Source: a virus
Taxonomy: Duplodnaviria > Caudoviricetes
Length of the DNA stretch: 42,427 bases
IMG/VR virus record: IMGVR_UViG_3300037780_000085
Location: 1 to 42,427 of that record
Strand: one strand, 5' to 3'
Position 1 is the stretch's first letter; every line of letters starts with the position of its first letter. The notes under the pieces were generated by a model that was not told the DNA's origin, searched no databases, and saw nothing but the letters and a program-made list of their open reading frames with translations. Of this stretch, positions 33,418 through 42,427 are shown one piece after another. The translations under genes and the position numbers were made by a program.

Positions 33418-33687
33418 CTAACTCCAGCGTAGTAGAAATAAAGTGTACTGCGCTTCGCTGTCAAAGTCAAGATACTTCCACTGACTTTTAGCTGACACAG
33501 GCTGCGCATGGTGTTGTATCTGCCAGGCTTCGCTGATCAAATCCCAAACGTTGATTGCGTCGGTGTTTTTTGGGTCCAGTGTTGTGGTCTCGGCGAGATG
33601 TTGGGCACCACCCAAACTCTCAAGTATTGCTTCGTGAGCACGATGATACTGCTCGAGACAGTCTCGTATTTCAACTCTGTAGGTCAT
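33418..33687 (-). CDS. F-x-F-x-x-E...F-x-L-R-W family protein
   Basis: Ends YLDFDSEAQYTLFLLRWS. Confidence 0.65.
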   Translation of the reverse strand: MTYRVEIRDCLEQYHRAHEAILESLGGAQHLAETTTLDPKNTDAINVWDLISEAWQIQHHAQPVSAKSQWKYLDFDSEAQYTLFLLRWS

Positions 33688-33902
33688 CCCCACCTCAACA
33701 CGAACCAAGTGTATTTTGCTTCATCCTCAAATTCAATGACCCACCCGTCTTCGAAATTTCCACTGACGTTATCTGATCCTGATTCAAGTATCAGCCATTC
33801 ACGAAAACCATAATATACGGCGCCTTTGCGAAAGTGATCTCGCCACGCCCGGACTATTGGAGGATTGTCTGAGTAATATTGTGATGGGATAAGATATTTC
33901 AT
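33684..33902 (-). CDS. F-x-F-x-x-E...F-x-L-R-W family protein
   Basis: Ends IEFEDEAKYTWFVLRWG. Confidence 0.65.
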   Translation of the reverse strand: MKYLIPSQYYSDNPPIVRAWRDHFRKGAVYYGFREWLILESGSDNVSGNFEDGWVIEFEDEAKYTWFVLRWG

Positions 33903-34129
33903 GACCACTTCAGCGCAAAAAATACAGCATCTTTTTCATGAACAAAGAAAAAACTGTGGCCGCACCAGGTATAATTTTTGTCAAAGTGTCGCCGACACCA
34001 TTTGTGCAATTCATGCCACCGTGTCAATCCGTGTGCACCAACAACAACTTCACAGTAACCGGCGTCGCGGAACTGATGTGCATACAACAGGTTATTTGGA
34101 AAATTGGCTTTGAACAGGGAATCAAACAT
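33899..34129 (-). CDS. F-x-F-x-x-E...F-x-L-K-W family protein
   Basis: Ends FFFVHEKDAVFFALKWS. Confidence 0.65.
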   Translation of the reverse strand: MFDSLFKANFPNNLLYAHQFRDAGYCEVVVGAHGLTRWHELHKWCRRHFDKNYTWCGHSFFFVHEKDAVFFALKWS

Positions 34130-34560
34130 TAGCCCCACCTCAGTGTAAACATCAAATAATCTCGTTCGTCTTTGAACCCAAAGAACAATTTGTCGGTGCC
34201 GACTATGCCATTGGGCAAATACTGTCCCTGATGATCCTGTATCACACGCTCCCAATGGTGTCTAAACCTATGACTACAGTTCTGCTCGCACCATTCTACT
34301 ATATGGTTACAGCGTTCAACAGGACCCCAAAAAGGTTCGAACACTGTTTCCAAATGACAAAACGGTACTGGTGCTACATAGGGATATCCACATAGCTGAT
34401 CTCGAACAGTACGACCAGCAGGATCATAATCTGGATCGGTGGCCCGAAAGTAATTCTTCCAGTCTGTGTATCCATTGCGGCGTAGGACTCTGTCCCACTG
34501 CCACTCGAGGAATCTATACTTGATCCTCAGTATTGGATTTCGAGGCTGTATGTTGTTCAC
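34129..34560 (-). CDS. F-x-F-x-x-E...F-x-L-R-W family protein
   Basis: Ends FGFKDERDYLMFTLRWG. Confidence 0.7.
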   Translation of the reverse strand: MNNIQPRNPILRIKYRFLEWQWDRVLRRNGYTDWKNYFRATDPDYDPAGRTVRDQLCGYPYVAPVPFCHLETVFEPFWGPVERCNHIVEWCEQNCSHRFRHHWERVIQDHQGQYLPNGIVGTDKLFFGFKDERDYLMFTLRWG

Positions 34561-34840
34561 GATATCGTTTCATCTCTTGTAGTTGAAGGTAATAATCTTC
34601 AAAGGGCACAGGCTTGGCCATCAACTGTATTTTGAAAAACTCCGCACGATCAATCTCAGCGGCGCAGGTGCTGCGATCCATCACGGTTCGAATTCGATCA
34701 GTGCCGATTTCGAACTTCCATATGCGAACGCTGCGGTTGTCGAGGTTTTTCCTGTATCTGGCTTCTCTGTCAACGGGCATGTAATAGTATTCATAGCCTG
34801 TGGGTGATTCTATCTCATGGTACTCGATAAAACGTGTCAT
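34514..34840 (-). CDS. hypothetical protein
   Basis: Start MTRFIEY overlapping the upstream stop. Confidence 0.6.
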   Translation of the reverse strand: MTRFIEYHEIESPTGYEYYYMPVDREARYRKNLDNRSVRIWKFEIGTDRIRTVMDRSTCAAEIDRAEFFKIQLMAKPVPFEDYYLQLQEMKRYREQHTASKSNTEDQV

Positions 34841-35214
34841 GAAAAATGAACCAAGTTTACCAGACGCCATGGCTTCGAGTTGAGCCATTCGTAATGATCC
34901 GGATACAGTCGTCGAAACTTTGTCATATACTGTTCTCGCATACCATCAAGGATGGTTTGGTCAATGTCAACTTCGTTTGAGTTGGTCATTTCTCCCCAAC
35001 GAGCATCGCCGCTATCGTATAGCTGTACCCCGAACACCATATACTCGCAGCCCATGCCGTCCATGAGAACCTCCACTTGTGCGTCTGCGGGTTCTTTGTT
35101 CCAACCATACTGTTCAATATTTTTGTCATACAGTTCATTGTAAGCATCATTGAATGATGTGTTCCACTCGGTGCGAACACCCCAGATACTGTATACGTTT
35201 ACATTTACACCCAT
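34837..35214 (-). CDS. hypothetical protein
   Basis: GGAG SD. Confidence 0.65.
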   Translation of the reverse strand: MGVNVNVYSIWGVRTEWNTSFNDAYNELYDKNIEQYGWNKEPADAQVEVLMDGMGCEYMVFGVQLYDSGDARWGEMTNSNEVDIDQTILDGMREQYMTKFRRLYPDHYEWLNSKPWRLVNLVHFS

Positions 35215-35225
35215 ATTACAACTCC

Positions 35226-37258
35226 CTAAGGAAAATAACGATTGTTTTGTTTTAATTCTTCTAAAATTCTAACTGTGTATTCATGCAAGGTTCCGTAACT
35301 TGCATTAACAAATTCAGTTCCCCAACCACGTGGAGTAGTGCCGTAGACAGAACCCAAGTTCTGTCTAGTTAATTCATCTGCTTTGTTCAGCAACCTTTGA
35401 TGTGCCTCTGCTTCAGTTTTATTTCGGAAGTTCCTTCCATCAGTTGTTTGATAGTGCGGAATACTTACTATTTTTACACTAGACTGATCATTTTGATCTT
35501 TTTTAAGATTCACTATATTCATTGAATTATCCTTTGCTGTGTCCCATTGCTTTCATAATCTTGTGTATGCTGTGCCTACCACTGATAACATCGTCCTCAA
35601 ACTTATTATACCACGTTTCTACCCACGTGTCAACATATCCGAACTCATCTGCACACTCTTTTATTGGAAAACAATAGATATAATCCACGTGGGTGTACTG
35701 TGGATGGTCAGTTTGTACAACTACATGAGTGATGTGATCGCCTTCCCAGCGAAAGTCCCACCATACACGCCATGGTCTATTTGATTGCATTGATCAGTTT
35801 CCCCAACCATGAAGTGGGTTGCTGTTTTCGAGTTACTCGAGGAATAGTGGTTAGTTTTGAATAAGTACAAGAAGGATACTGCCCGGTTTTACCATCTAGA
35901 TCGTAATAGGCATCAATTCCACAAAACTCACATTCATAGTCGAAGTCGCCAACAGGAACAAATGAATGATCGTTCATGATCGAGCGATACCTCCTGAGAA
36001 TATATCACGATATGTAGGGTTCTTCGGTTGTACTGTGACCTTCACTTCTACTTCTTCGCCCAGTCGATAGATGCGATCTCGCTCTCTGTCAAAACCACTT
36101 CCATTCCACACCTCTACGGGATCGTCAATCAAATGAACCGTATAGGTTTCGTTTTGTGCTTGATTGGAGTAATGAACCCACACATAACGCATCGGTTCTA
36201 CTGTTTGCGCACCTGCCAAAGGCTCGCCTTTGCTGTATCCTGCTGGTTTCACGGTTCTCTCCTTTTTATTGCAGTCGGTGTCATCGCAATCACCGTACTC
36301 ATATGGTTCTCTGCCACACGCACATCCCCTGTCGTGGCTCATTTGCTTTCCTCAATCAGTTTCTTCAACTGAAAAATATGAAAATCATAATCGCCGTCTT
36401 CACTGCGAAGCAACACCGACAAAGCATTTTCTAAACCAGCAACATATGCTTGGCGAGCAATACCAAATGTATCATCGTTTTCCCAGTCATAATCATATCG
36501 ATGTTGTTCGATGTACTCATCCCAGTTCATTTACTCTTCTCCGTAAAGTTCAATGCCCACTCGTTCGGTGTAAACTTCGTGTTTGATTGGAACGCATTTG
36601 AATACTTGAACTCTCGCTCCGCAACTTTCAGCCTCATGGACTGCATCTGCTAATGCTTGCTTGTTGGTGAAGTATTCAATACCATCATTGGCATTTTTCT
36701 CGTAAGTGCTTTTGATTACATAGATTTCAGTCATTGATAATTTTCCTTAACGCGGAAGATATTGCACATGGGGTATTTTGTTACTTCTTCGCCTTTGTAA
36801 ACACAATACATACCATCCTTTGTGTAGGCGTTAGCTACATCTTTATATTCAATTGGTTTACTCTGTGAAAATAAATGTATAGTAATGTTCATGCTCTTTC
36901 CTTGCCGCACACCGGGCACGAGTTTTCCTTTACTGCGCCAGTTACTGTAAACTCACTACTGGTGCCGTGACTATAACCACGAACCCATTTTGCCGTTTTG
37001 TCGTATAGTGCATCGCAACTGCCACAACGAACGAGATTGTGTTGATTAGCTACATTCATTTCACCACCTGCAATAAGCATATTCACGAACTATGAGAATA
37101 GGAACATCATAGTCTCTGCTGTAAACTTCTACAAATTCTTCATAAACTTGTAATTCATCTGCGTATACTGTTGCAAAAGGTCGAGTCTCGCCACCGTGCC
37201 AAAACTCAACCAAAGACTCATCCAAGTCTGAGTGCAATTCCAAAGGTTCGTGGGTCAT
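35226..37258 (-). other. run of ~9 tightly coupled small hypothetical ORFs
   Basis: 35226-35522, 35527-35790, 35777-35977, 35974-36342, 36339-36530, 36531-36734, 36731-36919, 36889-37086 and 37061-37258 tile the minus strand with adjacent or overlapping stop/start codons. Confidence 0.6.
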
Positions 37259-37259
37259 A

Positions 37260-38303
37260 TCAGTTGCCTCCCTTCAAGAGAAACTTGTTAGAGATAGTTT
37301 TGAAACTGAAGCCGGGATCTTCGTTACACTTCCAAACAAGGCCTTCACGGATCTTGTGGTTGATACTCGGACCTTCTGCAAGAGCAAGCCCGGCATCAAC
37401 CGACTCAGGTGCCCGGCCCGCATTATCGAAAACAGAAACATGGTCAAGGCCACGATGTTTGCATTCCAATTGACGAGCATGGGGGCGCAGGTAAGCGTGT
37501 TCTTGAATGTCGAAGATGTCAAACACGAAGAACTTGTGCTCAGTGAATCCTTCGCGATTTCCTTGAATGCCTGGCCCCATCAATTCTCCCTGAAAGGCAA
37601 AACCATTGGGAATCCGGTCCGCAATCTTTAGAGCCATAGCAACAAGAGTGTTGTCTTTGTTCTCTTCATTGACTTTGAGTTCAAGGTTACGGCTGCAAAC
37701 ACGAAGTTCATCTTCCCAACGGAAGATAGTGCAGCTGGTGCCATCCAGTTTGAGAGTCACTTCATAAGTGACATCGCCCTTGGCAACGATTTCTTCGAAG
37801 CAGTTCTGAATACGCTCTTGATCGGTTTTAGGAATGAGGCTAGTTGGAAACACACCACGCACCTGTCCAGCAAGTTGTGGAGCAATAGGCGGTTCCCACT
37901 TCTGTACATTGAGAAGATCAGTAACATCCTCGCCTAAGTTGACTACTTTGTGACGAATGCGACCATCTTCGAGAAAAGAAACAGCATTACTGATTGCCTT
38001 CTCTGGTACAGTTTCCAGTTTTAGCAGCAATCCCTGGCTAACTTGCCCGCGCAATTTCACAGTGCGCAGACGCTCGCCTTTCACTCCATTGTATTCGCGA
38101 GGCTCAGAACCTTTGCTCAAGAAAGGAGCAAGTTCATGCGGAACCCAGCTGTCAATCTCAAGATAGACGGCAAGTTCACCTACAGCAAATTCACCTTTTT
38201 TGATTACTATTTTCCAACCATCAACGGTTGCTACCTCGATAGCGTCTGCACCTTCAATAGGCTGAATGTCAGCAATACGACGGATAGTGGCGAGTTTTCT
38301 CAT
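37260..38303 (-). CDS. RNA ligase, DRB0094 family
   Basis: N-terminal RKLATIRRI..I.PIEGADAIE OB-like domain, PKTDQERIQN, KLDGTS, CSRN, QGELMG, FDIFD, EGLVWK, SFKTISNKFLLK. Confidence 0.92.
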   Translation of the reverse strand: MRKLATIRRIADIQPIEGADAIEVATVDGWKIVIKKGEFAVGELAVYLEIDSWVPHELAPFLSKGSEPREYNGVKGERLRTVKLRGQVSQGLLLKLETVPEKAISNAVSFLEDGRIRHKVVNLGEDVTDLLNVQKWEPPIAPQLAGQVRGVFPTSLIPKTDQERIQNCFEEIVAKGDVTYEVTLKLDGTSCTIFRWEDELRVCSRNLELKVNEENKDNTLVAMALKIADRIPNGFAFQGELMGPGIQGNREGFTEHKFFVFDIFDIQEHAYLRPHARQLECKHRGLDHVSVFDNAGRAPESVDAGLALAEGPSINHKIREGLVWKCNEDPGFSFKTISNKFLLKGGN

Positions 38304-38436
38304 GCTAGACTCCTTGTTTACAGTCTACACTAACATGTAAATGTCCTGTAGTCAAGACCTTGTCAGTCCTTGCTCCAATAAAAGTATGTTCCTCTATTAG
38401 AGGTTTCTGTGTGGTAGAAATAATCTTCAAATTTGG

Positions 38437-39457
38437 TCATTGTGCTACATACCTATCTGCGATTGACATTGCTTCTGAGAGTGAGAAACGAGTAGCAGTA
38501 ACAAACTCGTCGGTTCTGTTGCTGGGCATAGGTTCACAGTGTCGTTGTAGATCACGGTCGAGAACTGTGCCTCCAAACACACTTACACACCACGCATCCT
38601 CACCACGCTTTTCAACATACACATCTTCGCCTACTTGGAAGCGAACTGCTCGTTCAAGCAACAGTTCCATCTCAGAAATTTCCGCTTGCAAATGCTCGAA
38701 AACTCGCTTTTTCAAGTTGGGTGTGTTCTCATCAGACATTGTTTTTTCCTATAATGGTTTAGTCATTGTATGTAATCTTTCTAAAAATTAGCACCATATC
38801 AGTCCTTCGGCGCACTCATGTGCAATCTTGTAAGTTGTTTCTCTGTGGAAATCAAAACCATATTTCCAAGGGCACTTTTTTGATCTATTGTATGCATATA
38901 GCGTAATAGCATCGTCGCCTGCCATTGCAAGCTCAGATTGTTCTAAAACAAATGAAGCATCACAAAGATATCGATGTTTCAATCTGCTATATATCCTCCG
39001 TCGGGATTCTTTTGATATTCAGCATCGCCAAGATTGATTAGCTTTTCGATATGCGCTAAATCGCAGTTGAATGCTGGTTCGGTGATGTATGCAAGATTGT
39101 AACCGTGCTCATGTCTGCAACGAGCATAATATAGTGCATAACCATCACCGTGTGGTTCGATGGTGTATCTTGGTTCACATTCGCATATTACAAAAGGATC
39201 AGTCATTGTACAGGCTCCAGTTGGTGTAGTTCTACATATCCCCGGACCAGGATACTGGGATCTGTCACACATGTCAACCATACATGCTGTTGTGTTTCAT
39301 CTTCTGCCGAATAATGATCTATTGCGAACTTGTGTCCGCGATAACTGTCATAATACGGAGCATAAGGCTTTTCGTAAACAAAGTCTCTAAAACGGTATTT
39401 CATCATTCTTCTCCGCATACAGGATGGTTGGGATTGTCTCGCAACACTTCTACACAA
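38437..39457 (-). other. cluster of small hypothetical ORFs
   Basis: 38437-38739, 38788-38982, 38979-39281 and 39203-39457 are collinear. Confidence 0.5.
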
Positions 39458-39550
39458 TAGAGATATTTGTAAATGTCTCGCTGATGCTGAACTTCAATCA
39501 CTGCCCAAATCAATAGGACAACAGCAATCGTCAGTGTTGAGATTGCGATA

Positions 39551-39910
39551 TTAGGCATTGATGTATTCCTTCAAAAAGTTTTCCATGTAGCGGAGAATAT
39601 TCTCCGCACCCACCGGGTTCATGCTATGCACATGATAGCTGAAGCCTTCTGGGATGTCGAGAGCATTGTCCATCACATAATCACAGAACCAGCGAGCAAA
39701 GGTGTAGCCAGTTTTTTCACCATCGCCGATGATGTAGTGAGCATCCGCAAGGTCGTGGTCGAAGTGAATTTGGTAGGGGATACCGTAGCGATGGATATAC
39801 CAAACAGCGTCATCCATTGAGCGAGCAATGATCACTAGATCTTTCTTGCTGAATGCTATTTTAGCATCAACGGGAAATCGTATGTCATCCAAAAACAAAA
39901 TCCACCGCAT
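39551..39910 (-). CDS. cyclic-phosphate-processing receiver-like domain protein
   Basis: LFLDDIR, FDHDL, TGY, HSMNPVG motifs. Confidence 0.8.
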   Translation of the reverse strand: MRWILFLDDIRFPVDAKIAFSKKDLVIIARSMDDAVWYIHRYGIPYQIHFDHDLADAHYIIGDGEKTGYTFARWFCDYVMDNALDIPEGFSYHVHSMNPVGAENILRYMENFLKEYINA

Positions 39911-39978
39911 GGTGTTCTCCTTTGTTCTTGCACTACACTAACATCACAAAACGAAGATGTCAACCGCCGATGCAGTCA

Positions 39979-41815
39979 TCATACATCTCCTGATTCAGTG
40001 TCAAATGGTGACTCTATCAGACTGTGCTTGGATCGTTCAACGCTTGGTTTATCAACACCTGGGTATGTGCTCGTCATGCGAGTTTTCAGACATTCATCGC
40101 AAACCACAATCAGGAGATACGATCCGTCCATAGGATCAAATACAGTTGATCCATAATGCCCGTAGGTGCGAAATACTGTTCCGCCAATTGGATGAATCTG
40201 AGACTCGTTGTCTGGATACGCTTCGTCCCAGTTTTCTACTTCGGTGTTGCATACAATACAATTTGTTTTCATAACAGCCCCATTAGTTTAGCGATATCGT
40301 AAAGCTTATAAATCAACGTGTTTGTTTTATTCATTATATCTGTTCTTCCACGACTTGCAAGACTTAACATTATTGCCCCGTCTTTCAATTTGAAACACGC
40401 TCGTCTGCGGCCCAAGTAATTTATTCAAGTTTGATTGCATTCGAGGTTGAGGAGGATCTAAATTATATTTTACAACATCCCAGTCGTTATTGATATACCA
40501 CCTTTCAATCTCGGTCATTGATGATATAGTAATCATAGTAACTCCATTAGTTTAGCAATATTGTAAAGCCCAAGAATCAAAGCAAGAAACAATCCTCCGA
40601 AAATGATAATCGACGAGGTGATCATAAATCTCCGATAAGAGCGGGGCGACATCAACGGATACCCATCATCTTTTTGAACTTCTCGATCAGTCTACCCACG
40701 GGTGTGTTACGAGCTTGTTCCTCGTAACAGCGTTTTTCTTGATGCAGCTGAGTGATACGCTGCACTGACTGCACAACTCTCTCGTCGCTGCGGCGCAGTT
40801 CTTCAGCGATTGTGCCGTCTGGTCGCCTGTATCGTGCAGGCTTCATCAGTTCCATACGGCGATCACTGAGCCGATTGATCTCGGGCATCACACTGTCATC
40901 ACCATCGAGCAGTTTCCCTAACAAAACTTTCATCTCACGATCAATGTCACCGATCTCTGAGCCGATGAACAGACCCGGTGCCACTTCATATTTGTTTCTT
41001 GGCTTCCACTCAGTCATTGATGTTCACCGGCTTCTTCAACACATTCGTCGAAGTATTCCAAATCAAAAGGACCAGATACTACTGCACCAGTTGCTTTGTA
41101 CAATGCATCAACCGCATCATTTGGCAATTCGATTACAGTTAGCGTATCTTCAGAAAAATTGAAGTACCCTTCACTGTGTTTCCCCAACAGTTCGTCCCAA
41201 TAAAAATTTTCAGTATATTTTTTATATTTCTCAACTTGTTCATCGGTGAGAAACAATAAGCCTTCAATTTGACCCATTCTACCATAATCTTCAAAATATC
41301 TATATAGTTTCATTGTCAGTCCTTGCTTTCGCTGATGTAAAAAACAGGTTTGAAGTCTACTTCAAAATGATAGTACAACTTGTTTCCCGATTCGTCGATG
41401 GCCAAGATGCGTTCGTCACTGTTTTTCATCCATTCCCAACCGTCACGCTCATTGTATAGATATTCGCAATAGTCTTTGAGTTCAATGTCTAACCAGTCAG
41501 GTTCACATTCAATCTCACGGTCAGGTTCGAGATCGTCCTCGTATTCATCTTCAAGATAGATTCGATATTTCATTGCTGTTCACCGGGTCCACAATCACAT
41601 TCGTAGTATTCCACCGACTCTTCATCGTACCACACAATGTTAGTTTTTTTTACCCATCGTGTGTAAGGTATAAATCCGAAGATCTTCAAACGCACTTTCT
41701 GGTATTCAGTGGTCTTACCATGTTGTTTGACACGTTTGCACTGAGGCAGCACTTCAACAGGAGTAAGATACCAGACCCAGTCAACAAAAACTTTTTCATA
41801 TGCTTGTTTTTTCAT
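39979..41815 (-). other. run of small hypothetical ORFs
   Basis: 39979-40272, 40327-40536, 40652-41017, 41014-41313, 41316-41573 and 41570-41815 are collinear. Confidence 0.55.
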
Positions 41816-42168
41816 AGATCAAACCATTCCTTTGTGAAAACTATATTGCTGGGAAGTGGTGCACACTCACGAATCAAATCAAAGATTTGTGTTTTACTAT
41901 AACCCGCCAGCCCAGTTCCAATGGGTGTTAGCAAAAACGTGTCCTCAGTGTGTTCAGTTGCGTATTCTACAAACTCAGCGATGTACTGGTGAATGAGATC
42001 CAGAGGTAGTACTTTGAGCTGAACACCTTTCGTTGCGATTGCATATGCATCGCCGGTTCTGCCTAGACCACTTCCATATACGGCGCCGTAGTTTTCTGCT
42101 GCGTATTTTGCAGCACCTGCACCATGTCTACCGGCGAGATTTGAACCGAACACGAACACATTAGCCAT
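41812..42168 (-). CDS. A1S_2505-like phage protein (macrodomain-like)
   Basis: VFVFGSNLAGRHGAGAA, YAIAT, TPIGTGLAG motifs; GAGGAG SD before MANVF. Confidence 0.75.
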   Translation of the reverse strand: MANVFVFGSNLAGRHGAGAAKYAAENYGAVYGSGLGRTGDAYAIATKGVQLKVLPLDLIHQYIAEFVEYATEHTEDTFLLTPIGTGLAGYSKTQIFDLIRECAPLPSNIVFTKEWFDL

Positions 42169-42427
42169 TGTGATACTCCTCACAGGTGTAGTCAAAAACA
42201 TGTTCTTGCTGTGTTTCATCCCATGTGGCTGTAATGTCGTACTGCACACACACTGCATGTGCAGAAGGTGCACTGTATGCAATAGCCACAACTACTACAA
42301 GTATCACTGTATAAAATAAAATTCTCATCATCTCATACTTATATCAACATTCGATTGACCGAATAGAATATTGGAGTTTATGGGTAGGTTTACGCTTGGC
42401 TTCTTTGAGTGCTCCAGCTTGATATTC

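Noticed and set aside
1-42427. Alternative genetic code (TAG reassignment)
   Set aside because: Genes are intact under code 11, and TAG terminates several ORFs at sensible positions

Overview
Segment of a large (jumbo-type) lytic phage genome, probably infecting an alphaproteobacterium, since its tRNA-His lacks G-1 and has A73. Nearly everything is on the minus strand. The flanks hold dense small early-type ORFs plus an RNA-repair/translation kit: an Rnl1-type and a DRB0094-type RNA ligase, separate PNK kinase and HAD phosphatase genes, a HAD_SAK protein, a cyclic-phosphate receiver protein, two metallophosphoesterases, TilS, ClpP and two L7/L12-CTD-like proteins. The centre (about 10.4-24.9 kb) is an RNA island: with one outlying pseudo-tRNA at 5.6 kb, the window holds about 37 tRNA or tRNA-like genes whose anticodons cover all 20 amino acids. 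The island also carries a Seg-like GIY-YIG endonuclease, a ~1 kb GOLLD-like RNA with a tRNA-Leu nested inside it, and many unassigned structured RNAs. Best candidate for a new system: two short leader-peptide/terminator/antiterminator cassettes (15616-15771 and 24746-24893). Each heads a tRNA array, and each leader's codons match the tRNAs of its own array, suggesting ribosome-mediated attenuators that switch on phage tRNA synthesis when those tRNAs are depleted. Second candidate: three 'rewired' tRNAs whose D-arm strand and GG D-loop sit after the anticodon arm. All calls were read by eye, with no database searches.
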